A stretch of 63,837 nt of DNA, counting the filler, from Nitrospirae bacterium CG2_30_53_67 (GTDB lineage Bacteria > CG2-30-53-67), in NCBI GenBank assembly GCA_001873285.1. It is 5 parts of 5 records of this genome, joined end to end, with 100 filler letters (N's around TTAATTAATTAA, not from the genome) between each part and the next. Parts side by side here need not be neighbours in the genome. Positions count along the whole stretch, not along the records: positions 42,309 to 60,110 come from MNYV01000037.1; 4 more parts are not named here. The stretch is one strand, 5' to 3'. The translations under genes were made by a program, and so were the position numbers. This document shows positions 48,548-60,210 of the stretch, piece after piece. Position 1 is the stretch's first letter; each line of letters opens with the position of its first letter. The notes under the pieces were generated by a model. The model had not been told where the DNA came from, did no database searches, and saw nothing but the letters and a program-made list of their open reading frames with translations.

Positions 48548-50770
48548 ATGGATTATCTTTTAAAAAAATTCATCCTTGTCATCCGGCTCTTATCTTCTTT
48601 TACCCTTCTCATGCTCGGCTGTTCAGGAGGCGGGGGTGGGGGAAGTTCCCCGGCAGCCGGTGTCGAGGAGTCAGCGCCAAAAGAAGTCGTGGCCCTTTCA
48701 ACCCTGGATACCTACCAGACACCCGGCACAAGTTACAGCATCTTGAAAGACGGGAACATCGTCTATGTTGCGGATGGCTCCGATGGCTTGCTGGTCTTGG
48801 AGATTTCAGATCGTTCAACATTAAAAAAGATCGGTTCCTTACCCATCAGCCAGGGCGAGGCCTATTCCCTGGCTAAAAAAGGTCATTATCTGTATGTCGG
48901 CACATCCTCTCTGGGCGTACTGGTTGTGGACGTATCCATACCCGAAAGCCCTTCCCTCGTCTCCTCGTTCTACACCACGGGAGCTTTATATTATATCACC
49001 CTTGAAGGGGATACCCTGTATCTCAGTTCAGTGAGTGGATTCTTGAATGAATTCTTGATCCTCGATATCAGCACGCCGGATGCGCCGGTTCTAACAGGAC
49101 AGGTTCAAGGATTCGATGTTTATTTACAGTCCGTCGTATCCAACCAAGTGGCCTATGTCGCCTCTTCTGATCAGGGGTTGAGCATGATCTTTATCTCTGA
49201 GCCATCCTATGCAAAGATCATTCAAAAGATCAACATGGGATATAAGATTAATGCCGTTGAAAAATATGGAGACTACCTCCTGACGGCCGGTGAAGTAGGC
49301 GGACTCTCCATATCGGACATAAAAAATGTTTATCCAACGCCTGTTTCTTCTCTTCCATTGACTGATGAGAATTCGCAATCGAGCGACCAGCCTTCCTATC
49401 AGATCAACGTTCAGGGTCACTATGCCTATATAGCCAACGGCAACAACGGCGTCCAGGTCGTGGACATCCAAGATCCCGCCGCGCCGTCCTTTGCCGCCCG
49501 TTTGGATACACAGGGATTTTGCACGGATCTTTGGGTGGATGGAGACCGCATGGTTACGGCAGACGATACCCACGGCATTCATCTTATAAATATTGCGATA
49601 GAGCCTGACAGCGACGGCGACGGCGTTGCAGACAGCAAAGATGCCTTCCCCAACGATCCATCAGAGACCTTGGATACGGATCAAGACGGCATTGGGAACA
49701 ACGCCGATGCGGATGATGACAATGACGGCGTATCGGATGCGGATGATGCCTTCCCATTGGACCCGAGTGAATGGCTCGATACGGACAATGATGGTGTTGG
49801 GGATCATACGGATCTCTTCCCGAATGATGCCTCGGAATGGGCGGATGCAGATAAAGACGGAATCGGAGACAACGCCGACCTCGACGATGACAATGACGGT
49901 GTGCTGGATGCGGATGATGCCTTTCCATTGGACCCGTCCGAATCCGTGGATACGGATCAAGACGGGATAGGGAACCACGCGGATACGGATGACGACAATG
50001 ACGGCGTATCGGATGCGGATGATGCGTTCCCGCTGGACTCGAGTGAAAGCGTCGATACTGACGGAGACGGGATCGGAAATAATGCGGACCTTGACGACGA
50101 CGGAGATGGAAGGACAGATGATTCAGACATTTACCCGCTCGACACGGACAACGACGGCATAGACAACGACGTGGATGACGACGATGACAATGACAGTGTA
50201 TCGGATATCGTTGATGCATTCCCCCTGGATGAGGAAGAATGGGAGGACCTGAACAGCGACGGCCTCGGAGACAATTTCCCGAGCAACAGGTTTGCTGTGA
50301 TTGAAACCAACTACGGCACGATCAAGCTCGAACTCTTTGAAGACCTCGTGCCCCTCACCACAAAGAACTTCATCAGCCTGGCAAAGCAGGAATTCTATGA
50401 CGGATTGACATTCCACAGGGTGATAAAGGATTTTATGATCCAGGGAGGCGATCCCAACGGAGACGGAACCGGAGGGCCGGGCTACAAGATTGTTGACGAG
50501 TTCCCTAAAGACGATTCAGGCAATCTTCTTTTGAAGCACGATGGGCCAGGCATTCTCTCCATGGCCAACTCAGGGCCCAATACGGGCGGGAGCCAGTTCT
50601 TTATCACGCTGGCGGAAACATCCTGGCTTGACGGAGTTCATACGGTCTTCGGCCGGGTGGTTGAAGGGATGGACGTGGTGCAGGCGATCGGCCTCGTGCC
50701 TACAGACAAAAACAATGATAAACCATTATCGGATGTCATCATAAACAAGGTCAGCATCACACCTTTCTGA
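48548..50770 (+). CDS. Lipoprotein with LVIVD repeats, TSP3-like Ca-binding repeats and a C-terminal cyclophilin PPIase
   Basis: Lipobox LLMLGC; YVADG..GL.V.EIS repeats; (DxDxDGxGDNADxDDDNDG..D..DAFPLD)n; [21 protein letters not shown] and [17 protein letters not shown]. Confidence 0.88.
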   Translation: MDYLLKKFILVIRLLSSFTLLMLGCSGGGGGGSSPAAGVEESAPKEVVALSTLDTYQTPGTSYSILKDGNIVYVADGSDGLLVLEISDRSTLKKIGSLPISQGEAYSLAKKGHYLYVGTSSLGVLVVDVSIPESPSLVSSFYTTGALYYITLEGDTLYLSSVSGFLNEFLILDISTPDAPVLTGQVQGFDVYLQSVVSNQVAYVASSDQGLSMIFISEPSYAKIIQKINMGYKINAVEKYGDYLLTAGEVGGLSISDIKNVYPTPVSSLPLTDENSQSSDQPSYQINVQGHYAYIANGNNGVQVVDIQDPAAPSFAARLDTQGFCTDLWVDGDRMVTADDTHGIHLINIAIEPDSDGDGVADSKDAFPNDPSETLDTDQDGIGNNADADDDNDGVSDADDAFPLDPSEWLDTDNDGVGDHTDLFPNDASEWADADKDGIGDNADLDDDNDGVLDADDAFPLDPSESVDTDQDGIGNHADTDDDNDGVSDADDAFPLDSSESVDTDGDGIGNNADLDDDGDGRTDDSDIYPLDTDNDGIDNDVDDDDDNDSVSDIVDAFPLDEEEWEDLNSDGLGDNFPSNRFAVIETNYGTIKLELFEDLVPLTTKNFISLAKQEFYDGLTFHRVIKDFMIQGGDPNGDGTGGPGYKIVDEFPKDDSGNLLLKHDGPGILSMANSGPNTGGSQFFITLAETSWLDGVHTVFGRVVEGMDVVQAIGLVPTDKNNDKPLSDVIINKVSITPF

Positions 50771-50800
50771 CCGCAGGGGTCTTGCTTCCATCCGGAACGA

Positions 50801-52231
50801 TCACGCCTCGCCGGAGCGGTGCCCGTGCTGTTCGGAACCCGGCTTCGGGGCGGCTGCGCTTCCATCTCCCGTCACCTCTTCCGCCGGACCCCCGCCGGCC
50901 GCCCTCAGGGCCACGATCATCCGCCTCGCCTCGACCTTCAGGGCCGGCAAATAGACCCTGAAGACCACTGATCCGGCGATGCAGAATACTCCGCCGATGG
51001 CCACCGTAACCGGCGCGCCGATCCGATCCGCCAGCGCCCCCGAGAGCAGCGCACCTAACGGCGCCATGCCCATGAACATCATGGAGTAGACCGCCATCAC
51101 ACGCCCTCGCAGATGGTCCGGCGCCATGGTCTGGATGAGCGTGTTCGATGCGGCCATCTCGATCATCATTGAGAAACCGACCGGAATGAGCAGGGCCGCC
51201 GAAAGCCAGAATGACCGGGAAAGCGAAAACAGGATCAGGCTTGCGCCGAACGCCCCCGCCGACAGGGCAACCCAGCGTCCCAGGCCCTTCACGCCCTGCC
51301 TTGCAGCGAGCCTCAGCGCGCCCAGCAGAGCGCCGACTCCCGATGCGCCCATGAGCAGTCCGAGCTCTCTGGCCCCGCCGTGAAAGATCCGGCCGGCAAA
51401 GATCGGCATGAGTACCACATAGGGCATTCCCATGAGGCTGATGATCCCAAGGAGGATCAGCAAGGCCCGAATCGGCCCAGGGGCCCACACAAAGCGGAAC
51501 CCCTCGATGATGCTGGCCAGCGCTGATCCGAGTAATGGAACGCGCGCCTGCGCCGTGATTCTCATCATCAAAAGCCCGGTGATGACGGCAAGGTAGCTCA
51601 TGGCATTTGCGAAGAAACACCACCCCTCGCCGATGCTCGCCACCAGCACGCCCGCTAAGGCCGGGCCGACAATCCGGGCGCCGTTGAACATCGAGGAGTT
51701 CAAGGCGATGGCGTTGAGGAGATCGTCCCGGCCCACCATATCCACCACGAACGCCTGCCGAGCCGGGATGTCGAAGGCATTGACCACGCCGAGGGCGGCT
51801 GCGAGCACGAAGACGTGGACCACGTGCACGCGGTGGGCCAGCGTCAGTGCGGCAAGTGCGAAGGCAAGAAGCATCGACGCACTCTGCGCGGCAATGAGGA
51901 TGAGTCGCCTGTTGTGCCGGTCGGAGACGGCGCCGCCCAGGGGAGCGACCAGAAACACGGGGATCTGGCTCGCAAAGCCGACCAGTCCCAGCATCATCGC
52001 CGAACCGGTCAGACGGTAAACGAGCCACGACTGTGCGACCGACTGCATCCAGGTGCCGATCAGGGAGACAAGCTGGCCGGCGAAAAAGAGCCGGTAATTC
52101 CGGTGGCGAAAGGCCTGCAACACCGACCACTCCCGCGATGCGGCCGCCCCCTCTGTTTTACTGTCTGGAGATTCTCTGTTCACCAATTCCATTCTCGCAA
52201 CGAAGGAGACTCCTGGTCTTTCTTGGCTCAT
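50801..52231 (-). CDS. MFS transporter
   Basis: RNYRLFFAGQLVSLIGTWMQ, about 12 TM segments and RGRVM motif. Confidence 0.9.
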   Translation of the reverse strand: MSQERPGVSFVARMELVNRESPDSKTEGAAASREWSVLQAFRHRNYRLFFAGQLVSLIGTWMQSVAQSWLVYRLTGSAMMLGLVGFASQIPVFLVAPLGGAVSDRHNRRLILIAAQSASMLLAFALAALTLAHRVHVVHVFVLAAALGVVNAFDIPARQAFVVDMVGRDDLLNAIALNSSMFNGARIVGPALAGVLVASIGEGWCFFANAMSYLAVITGLLMMRITAQARVPLLGSALASIIEGFRFVWAPGPIRALLILLGIISLMGMPYVVLMPIFAGRIFHGGARELGLLMGASGVGALLGALRLAARQGVKGLGRWVALSAGAFGASLILFSLSRSFWLSAALLIPVGFSMMIEMAASNTLIQTMAPDHLRGRVMAVYSMMFMGMAPLGALLSGALADRIGAPVTVAIGGVFCIAGSVVFRVYLPALKVEARRMIVALRAAGGGPAEEVTGDGSAAAPKPGSEQHGHRSGEA

Positions 52232-52258
52232 AGAACATTAAGGGAATTCCGGCAGTAT

Positions 52259-53392
52259 TTAATGTTGAACCTCGGCGCTTGGGAAAACTTCCAAACGCAG
52301 AACCGCTATTCTATACAGGAAGACGCCGAAGGAGATCACCCCTGCGGTGATCGCGATCTCCATCCAGGAAGGAAAATAGGAACCGCCGTGTGCGGCCTGG
52401 GTCAGAAAATTTGTGTCAAACCGGTTCAGGATCACGCCGGCCATGACAAGGATCTGTCCCCCCAGGATTCGTCCGACCGGCCCCTCACGGCTTGCAGATG
52501 CAAGGAGAAGCATGGGCACGATCACGCCGGCCATGATTTCAATAAAGAAAAGCACACTGGCTCGGCTCCCTTCCAGCATAAGAGGAAAATTTCCCCTAAC
52601 GGCAAGATCAGTGAACCGTACCGCCAAATAGATGAGAAGCGAAACCGCCGATCCCTTGGCGAGGCCCCTCAGAATCCCGACCTCATATCCCCTTTTGAAG
52701 GCCCATGAACTCACGATGCTCTCAAAAGAGACCATGGCCATGCCTGCGGCCACGGCCGAGAGGAAATAAAGAAGGCCGATGAGAGGCGTGTACCAGAGGT
52801 GGTGGAGTTTGTCGGGCACAATCAGGAAGAGGTTTCCCAGCGAAGACTGGTGATGAAAGGAAAGGGTCACCCCTGCGATGACCAGAGGGAATAGGACCAG
52901 TTTGTTCTTCATGAAGCTTGCGAGACCGTGCATACCGGCCCCATCAAGCAGGGCCGGCGAAAATTCCATGGCCAGCACGGCGGTGTAGAGGGCGATGCAC
53001 CAGACCACCTCAAAGAGAACCGAGCGGTACTGCCACATGACCAGCGGATGCCAGAACGAGAGCGGCTTCCCGATATCAATGATCACTCCCATGACAAGGA
53101 GAAGGTAGCCGAGGAAGGCCGTCAGGACCGCGGGCCGGGCCACGGGTTTGTATTTCTTCCAGTTGAAGATATAGATAGCCGCAGTGAGCGTGAACCCGCC
53201 TGCGGCCAAGGCCACCCCCACGAAGATATCCATACCCACCCAGATGCCCCACGGAAAACTGTCGCTGAGATGTGTGGAGGCGCCGAGTCCCATGGCAAAG
53301 CGGTAGACCATGCATCCCGCGCCCAGCGCCATCAGGAAAAACAGGGGCCATGTGCTCCTGGAAATCAACGGGATGTCTTTGAGCCGATTCAT
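52259..53392 (-). CDS. NrfD/HybB-family membrane subunit
   Basis: PWGIWVGMD, SVLFEV..C and HQSSLG motifs. Confidence 0.88.
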   Translation of the reverse strand: MNRLKDIPLISRSTWPLFFLMALGAGCMVYRFAMGLGASTHLSDSFPWGIWVGMDIFVGVALAAGGFTLTAAIYIFNWKKYKPVARPAVLTAFLGYLLLVMGVIIDIGKPLSFWHPLVMWQYRSVLFEVVWCIALYTAVLAMEFSPALLDGAGMHGLASFMKNKLVLFPLVIAGVTLSFHHQSSLGNLFLIVPDKLHHLWYTPLIGLLYFLSAVAAGMAMVSFESIVSSWAFKRGYEVGILRGLAKGSAVSLLIYLAVRFTDLAVRGNFPLMLEGSRASVLFFIEIMAGVIVPMLLLASASREGPVGRILGGQILVMAGVILNRFDTNFLTQAAHGGSYFPSWMEIAITAGVISFGVFLYRIAVLRLEVFPSAEVQH

Positions 53393-53648
53393 GTTGGAAC
53401 CTCAACAGGGAGAATCCGTCAGCAATCAGCGATCAGCTTTGAGCCAAACATCCTGACCCCTTCGAGAGGATTTCTTCCCCTTATTCCCTCTCCACTCATC
53501 TCCCTCCCCTTTATCCCCTCCTCTATGAGCCGTTGGCTCCGAACCATAGGCCATCAAGAGCGGGGAAATAAGTCAGGATATTCTCAAAAACGATGGGACG
53601 ATTCATTAGCTTACTTCTATTCTTTCCCCTCCCCATCGCGGGAGGGGG

Positions 53649-54476
53649 TTAGGGGGCGGGGGTCTTCCGCGTTCCACCCTCTGCCTCTGGCCCTCTGTCC
53701 GTGGTCTGCCCTCCGATCTCTCCCCTGTTTCTTATCCATGCAATCGCCCCAAGAAGCGCCACCAGTGCGGTCACGCTGAAGGGGATCTTGGCAAGCGACT
53801 TCCACGTAATCGCCGGCAGGACCGCGCTCCCCACATGGGTGTTGAATCCGATCTTATCAAAGGGGACACCGGAGATATAGATCCAGGAAGTCCCCCCGGC
53901 CTCTTCCAATCCGTAAATATGGGGCACATACTTTCCGGGGTTTCTGCGGATACGCGCTTTAGCCTCCTTGACGATATCGTCATACTCACCGTAGAGCATA
54001 GTCTCGGTCGGACAGGTCTTGATGCAGGCCGGAACCAGGCCGTCTCGGATCCTCTCCGAACAGAAGCTGCACTTCTGCACCCAGGGAAAGGCGCTTTCCC
54101 ACTCGTACTTCGGGATCTCAAAGGGACAGGCCAGCATGCAGTAGCGGCACCCGATGCACCGGTCGAAGTGATAGATCACAGGCCCGGCCTCTGTCTTGGC
54201 GAGGGCCCCCACCGGGCAGGCCGAGGCGCAGGCCGGTTTCTTGCAGTGAAGGCACTGGTTCTTGACAAAGCTCCAGACCGGCACGCCGTCCATTTCCTGC
54301 TCATGAAAGCGGATGTGGGTATAGCAGTCGGAGTTAAGCCTGGAAGGATTGGTGAAGTTCCCGGACAGGGTCGTTCTCCGCGCCTTGCGCTCATTCCACT
54401 CCTTGCACGCCGCCTGGCACCCCCGGCAGCCCGTGCAACGCGTGAGATCAATCAGTACGCCTTTGGGCATGTACAT
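53649..54476 (-). CDS. Formate dehydrogenase 4Fe-4S subunit (FdnH/HybA-like)
   Basis: CTGCRGCQAACK, CLHC..PACASACP, CIGCRYC..ACP, KCSFC motifs and a C-terminal TM helix. Confidence 0.9.
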   Translation of the reverse strand: MYMPKGVLIDLTRCTGCRGCQAACKEWNERKARRTTLSGNFTNPSRLNSDCYTHIRFHEQEMDGVPVWSFVKNQCLHCKKPACASACPVGALAKTEAGPVIYHFDRCIGCRYCMLACPFEIPKYEWESAFPWVQKCSFCSERIRDGLVPACIKTCPTETMLYGEYDDIVKEAKARIRRNPGKYVPHIYGLEEAGGTSWIYISGVPFDKIGFNTHVGSAVLPAITWKSLAKIPFSVTALVALLGAIAWIRNRGEIGGQTTDRGPEAEGGTRKTPAP

Positions 54477-54525
54477 GCTCCCTTCGGTCGGAGGAGTATA
54501 CAGAATATATTTGCGGCAGAATCAG

Positions 54526-57500
54526 CTATAGTTTCTCCACATTCACCATAAACGCCTTGGTCTCCGGGATCATGGTGTTCGCATCGCCGATGGTGGGCGT
54601 GAGCAGATTCACGCTGTCTCCGCCGCTCCCGTCCTCGGGATACTGCCATCCGAAGTGGTAAGGGAGTCCCACCTGATGCACCGTGTTCCCCATGACCTTG
54701 AACGGCTTGAAGCGCGCCGTAACCATGGCTACGGCCTTGACCTCTCCGCGTGCTGAGGTGACCTTGACCCGGTCTCCATTCCTGATCCCCAGATCGGCCG
54801 CGAGTTCGCGGCTCATCTCCACAAAGAGTTCCGGCGCCATCTCCAGGAGCCAGGGCTGGTGGCGGGTCATGACCCCGGTCTGCCAGTGTTCGCTCACACG
54901 GTACGTGGTCGCCACAAAGGGATAACGGTAATCACAGGAGTAGAAGATATCCTCGGCGTTCTTCCCATCCTCCACGTAGAAAAGTTTCGCCGTAGGGTTG
55001 ATCCGATGTCTGCTCGACATGGGGTTTTCCTGGATCGGGCACTCCAGCGGCTCATAGTGCTCGGGGAAGGGGCCGTCGTTTCTGTCGGGTCCGAAGATGT
55101 GGGCCGCGCCTCCGGGCTTCATGATGAAGGGATTCCTGGAGTCCGGGTTGAGGGCGCCGTCAGGCTTCTTCAGGGGAGGCCATGCCCCGTCCGGCACGTC
55201 TCCGACCCACTTCTCATCCTTCCATTCAATGACGGCCCTTGCCGGGTCCCACGGCCGGCCGTACTCGTCCACCGAGGCGCGGTTGTAGATGATCCTCCGG
55301 TTCACGGGCCAGCACCACCCCCACTCCGGATAGAGCCCGATCCCTGAGCGGTCTTCTACTGAACGCCGGGCCATCCGGTTTCCCTCTTCAGTATAGGAAT
55401 TGCAAAAGAGCCAGTTGCCCGAAGAGGTGGAGCCGTCCTCTTGAAGCAAGGCAAAGCTCGGCGCCAGCGTCCCTTTCTTGTAGAGCGTCCCCTTAATCTC
55501 TTTATCTTTCAGGAAATAACCGTTGATTTCTTTCGCGATCCGGTGCGTGTTGATCTTGTCCGGCGAACCTGCCGTATCCCCGGACCCATAATCCCAGGCG
55601 AGCTTGAGCACAGGGTCGGGAAAGACCCCTCCCTCTTGTTCATAAAGTCTCTTGACCCGGCCGTAGAGTTGGTTCACGATCTCGGCATCGGGCATGGACT
55701 CTCCCACGGGCGGAACCGCGGCGTACCGCCACTGCGCCCATCGCCCCGAGTTGGTGATGCTCCCCTCCTTCTCCACCGAAGAGGCGCAGGGGAGAAAGAA
55801 GACCTCGGTCTTGATCTCCTCCGGATTCACACCCGGGCCCCGCCAGAAGGAGCCGGTCTCATTATCGAAGAGATTGACATTCACCATCCAATCGAGCTTC
55901 CCGAGCGCCTTTCTCACCTTGCCGGCATTGGACCCGGAACAGGCCGGGTTCTGCCCCCAGGCGAAAAAGCCTTTGAACTTCCCCTGCGCCATCTCATGAA
56001 AGAGCGTAAGCCACGAGGCATCCTGCGTATCGTCCAGCTTGGGGAGCCAGGCATAACCGAAGTCATTCTCCGGTGTTGCGGCCTCACCGTACGCGGCCTT
56101 GAGGAGGCTCACCGAATATTTCGGATAATTGCCCCACCAGTTCGCGCTCATGGGCTCCTTCGTCTTGAGAGTATATTTTTCATGGTAAAGAGCAAGGCTC
56201 GTATCCGAGGCCCTTGGGGCCTTGAGGTATCCGGGGAGGGCATCAAAGAGAAGGCCGTGGTCGGTGGATCCCTGCACATTGCTCTCCCCGCGGAGCGCAT
56301 TCACTCCGCCCCCGGCTCGTCCGATATTCCCGAGAAGGAGCTGGACAATGGCCATGGCCCGGATGTTCTGGGTGCCCACGGTATGCTGGGTCCAGCCCAT
56401 GGCATAGAGGATGGTGGCCGCCCTGTCGGGCCGGCCTGTGGAGGCGTAGACCTTGTAGATCTTTTCAAGAAGTTCCCTGGGCGTGCCCGTGATGGAGGAG
56501 ACCGTGTCCGGATCATAGCGGGAGACGTGCTTCTTCAGAAGCTCAAGCACGCAGTGGGGATCGGACAGGGCCGGGTCTTTCCTGACAACGCCCCGTTCGT
56601 CCGTCTGAAAGGCCCAGGCGGATTTATCATATTTCCTGGAGACCGGGTCATAGCCCGAGAAGACCCCGTCCAGTTCACCGGGCATTTTGAATTCCTCGTT
56701 CACCAGGAAGGAGGCGTTGGTATAAAGGCGGACATAATCTCTATGGTAGAGATCGTTTTCCAGGATATAGCGGATCATCCCCGCGATGAATGCGATGTCG
56801 GAGCCGGAACGGATCGGGGCATAGATGTCGGCCTTGGAAGAGGTGCGCGTAAACCTGGGGTCCACGCTGATCACGGTGGCGCCCCGATCCTGCGCATCCG
56901 TGATCCACTTAAAGGAGATGGGATGGTTCTCGGCAGGGTTGCTCCCCATGATCAGGATCACATCGGCATTCCGGATGTCGATCCAGTGATTCGTCATCGC
57001 CCCTCTGCCGAACGACTCTGCCAGAGCCGCTACCGTGGCAGAGTGTCAAATACGGGCCTGATGTTCGATGTAGACAAGCCCGATGGAGCGGAGCCATTTT
57101 TGCAGAAGGTAACACTCCTCATTGTCCAGGGCCGCACTCCCCACATGAGCGATGCCGTCGCAGCGGTTGACAAGCTGTCCCTTGTCATTGGTCTGCACAA
57201 AGGTCTCATCCCGTGTCTTCTTGATCCTTTTCGCGATCTCATTCAGGGCCCAGTCCCATTCGACTTCTCTCCATGAACTTGCGCCCGGCGCCCGGTACAT
57301 GGGCCGGATCACCCGTTTGGGATTGTTCACAATCTGAATCAGGGATGCGCCTTTGGAGCAAAGAGAGCCTTTGTTGATGGGGTGATCGGGATCCCCCTCG
57401 ATATTCACGACCTTCCCATCCCTGGTGTGGACGATCATCCCGCACCCCACCGCACAATAGGGACAGATCGTAGTGGTCACGGCTGCCCCCTGAATCCGGT

Positions 57501-57606
57501 TCTCCCGTTCCCTGGCCTCGGCCTCGGACGAGCTCAAACCTGCAATGGCGCCTGCTGTTACTGTGGTTCCGGAGAGTTTCAGAAAGTCGCGGCGGGTCAG
57601 TGACAT
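54526..57606 (-). CDS. fdnG: Selenocysteine formate dehydrogenase alpha subunit (Tat-exported)
   Basis: TRRDFLK Tat motif and CPYCAVGC. HQARI-TGA(57046-57048)-HSATVAALAESFGRGAMTNHW joins two ORF-track ORFs in frame. Confidence 0.95.
57015..57044 (-). promoter_or_regulatory. Bacterial SECIS element of fdnG
   Basis: ACTCTGCCA-CGGTAGCGGCTC-TGGCAGAGT hairpin just after the UGA. Confidence 0.8.
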
Positions 57607-57679
57607 GCTGCATCCTCCATTTGCGAACTATAGCATTTTGACTGCATGGAGTCAAACTGGGGCTTAGAACAACTTGGAC

Positions 57680-58597
57680 TTAGAAAACCGTTCCCATGAC
57701 GTACCTCGATGCGGAAAGCGCCGCCATGGCCCCTTCGCCCATGGAGGAGATGACCTGAGCGTTCTCCCGGACTATATTGCCGCAGGCGAAGATGCCTGGA
57801 ATTGATGTCTCGAACTCCAGGTTGACCTTGATGAACCCTTTGTCATCCTTGTCCACGTCCACAAAGGACGTATTGGGCATATAGCCGATATAGATAAAGA
57901 CCGCGTCCATGTCCATTCGGGAGGAGACGCCGGTCTCCTGGTTTCGCACCTGGATCCCGGTGACGATCCTCTCTCCGAAGATCTCCTCGACCACGTAATC
58001 CTGCATCATCTCAATCTCTTTGGTATGGAGCACACGATCCTGGAGAATCTTCTCACTCCGAAAGAACTCCCGGCGGTGGATTAGAAAGACCTTTTCCCCG
58101 ATCCCGGCAAGGTAGATCGCCCCCAGGAGGGCCGACTCCCCTCCGCCGACCACGGCGATCCGTTTGCCTTCGTATCCGAAGCCTGCGCAGTGGGCGCAGT
58201 AATGGACGCCCTTGCGGGTGAACTCCCTTTCTCCGGGCACATTGAGGAGCCTGGGCCGGCCGCCCGAGGCCACGATCACCGCCTTTGCGAGATAAGCGCC
58301 TCGGGAGCCGATCACCTTTCTGACCTTCCCATGCGTCTCTATGCTCCGGACTTCTTCCGGTTCAATGACCCCGACACCGAGTCCCTTGATATGTTTTTCC
58401 AGACGGGTGGTCAGGTCCCAGCCGTCCAGGTCAGGAAATCCCGGAAAGTTCTCGATCCTTTCCGCCACCGCGGGCTGGCCGCCGAGGACGGCCTTCTCAA
58501 GGATCACGGTCTTCAGCAGATTGCGCCCCGCAAAGACCCCTGCGCTCATCCCTGCCGGCCCGCCGCCGATGATCACCACATCATAAAGCTCGAACAT
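57680..58597 (-). CDS. Thioredoxin reductase-like flavoprotein
   Basis: GGGPAG, IENFPGF, GVHYCAHC (CxxC), HRR and TSIPGIFACG motifs. Confidence 0.88.
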   Translation of the reverse strand: MFELYDVVIIGGGPAGMSAGVFAGRNLLKTVILEKAVLGGQPAVAERIENFPGFPDLDGWDLTTRLEKHIKGLGVGVIEPEEVRSIETHGKVRKVIGSRGAYLAKAVIVASGGRPRLLNVPGEREFTRKGVHYCAHCAGFGYEGKRIAVVGGGESALLGAIYLAGIGEKVFLIHRREFFRSEKILQDRVLHTKEIEMMQDYVVEEIFGERIVTGIQVRNQETGVSSRMDMDAVFIYIGYMPNTSFVDVDKDDKGFIKVNLEFETSIPGIFACGNIVRENAQVISSMGEGAMAALSASRYVMGTVF

Positions 58598-58721
58598 TTT
58601 TCCTCATTCAATTCGATTGATGCTCCAAGGGCGATAATACCCGAGAAGTGATGCTCCCGCAAATGCCCCGAAATGAATTCAACGCCTCGATTTCCCCAAA
58701 GGTGTCAGACACCAATTTCCC

Positions 58722-60110
58722 ACTTCAATCCTTGTTTTCATGGATGGCCCTCTCAACAAAGTCAGAAGTCAGAAGTGAGAAGTCAGAAGAAAGGTTTCAA
58801 TCCTTGTTTTCATGGATGGCCCTCTCAACAAAGTCAGAAGTCAGAAGTGAGAAGTCAGAAGAAAGGTTTCAATCCTTGTTTTCAAAGTTTCAATCGTGGC
58901 AACGAGTTTCAATCCTTGTTTTCATGGATGGCCCTCTTCAACTCGGTACGGAGGCTCACGAACAGCCCATTCTACGCCGTTTCAATCCTTGTTTTCATGG
59001 ATGGCCCTCTTCAACCGACAACGGGAGTCAGGCCCAAAGAGGTATATTTGTTTCAATCCTTGTTTTCATGGATGGCCCTCTTCAACACACACTCGACTCT
59101 CAGATCACTATTGAGCTTTTTCGTTTCAATCCTTGTTTTCATGGATGGCCCTCTTCAACCGGCAATGACATATATACGGACGTAGAGGAATTCTGGTTTC
59201 AATCCTTGTTTTCATGGATGGCCCTCTTCAACGAACTCTCCGGGGATTTGTGAAGGATCAATCCGCCTGTTTCAATCCTTGTTTTCATGGATGGCCCTCT
59301 TCAACCGTTCGGCATATTCCGCCTCCGAAAGCGGAATATACCGTTTCAATCCTTGTTTTCATGGATGGCCCTCTTCAACCCAGATAAGATCATCTACGAG
59401 GATATGCAGTATCTTTTGTTTCAATCCTTGTTTTCATGGATGGCCCTCTTCAACGAAGATGATCGGAGAGAGGGTTAAAAAGCTCGGGATGTTTCAATCC
59501 TTGTTTTCATGGATGGCCCTCTTCAACACGCCCAGNNNNNNNNNNNNNNNNNNNNNNNNNNNNNNNNNCAATCCTTGTTTTCATGGATGGCCCTCTTCAA
59601 CCGACAACGGGAGTCAGGCCCAAAGAGGTATATTTGTTTCAATCCTTGTTTTCATGGATGGCCCTCTTCAACACACACTCGACTCTCAGATCACTATTGA
59701 GCTTTTTCGTTTCAATCCTTGTTTTCATGGATGGCCCTCTTCAACCGGCAATGACATATATACGGACGTAGAGGAATTCTGGTTTCAATCCTTGTTTTCA
59801 TGGATGGCCCTCTTCAACCTTTTCATACAGATACAGTCCTTTCATCTGACTGAGTTTCAATCCTTGTTTTCATGGATGGCCCTCTTCAACGAACTCTCCG
59901 GGGATTTGTGAAGGATCAATCCGCCTGTTTCAATCCTTGTTTTCATGGATGGCCCTCTTCAACCGTTCGGCATATTCCGCCTCCGAAAGCGGAATATACC
60001 GTTTCAATCCTTGTTTTCATGGATGGCCCTCTTCAACCCAGATAAGATCATCTACGAGGATATGCAGTATCTTTTGTTTCAATCCTTGTTTTCATGGATG
60101 GCCCTCTTCA
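58722..60110 (-). CRISPR. CRISPR array with a 37-bp repeat; about 20 repeat copies including degenerate or partial ones, cut by the contig end
   Basis: Repeat GTTTCAATCCTTGTTTTCATGGATGGCCCTCTTCAAC with 34-38-nt spacers. The reverse complement ends ATTGAAAC and degenerate repeats lie at the left, so the trailer is left and transcription is probably on the minus strand. No cas genes in the window. Confidence 0.95.
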
Positions 60111-60210
60111 NNNNNNNNNNNNNNNNNNNNNNNNNNNNNNNNNNNNNNNNNNNNTTAATTAATTAANNNNNNNNNNNNNNNNNNNNNNNNNNNNNNNNNN
60201 NNNNNNNNNN

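Noticed and set aside
49600..50280. Periodic DNA repeats as a CRISPR-like array
   Set aside because: In-frame TSP3-like protein repeats with synonymous variation.
55441..57276. 611-aa plus-strand ORF and similar long antisense ORFs (e.g. 45472-46482, 29915-30916)
   Set aside because: Shadows of GC-rich genes on the opposite strand.
59306..59342. Hairpin inside a CRISPR spacer; possible self-targeting
   Set aside because: A single short palindrome; I saw no matching protospacer in the window by eye.
58648..60166. Repetitive ORFs such as FQSLFSWMALFN
   Set aside because: Translations of CRISPR repeats.
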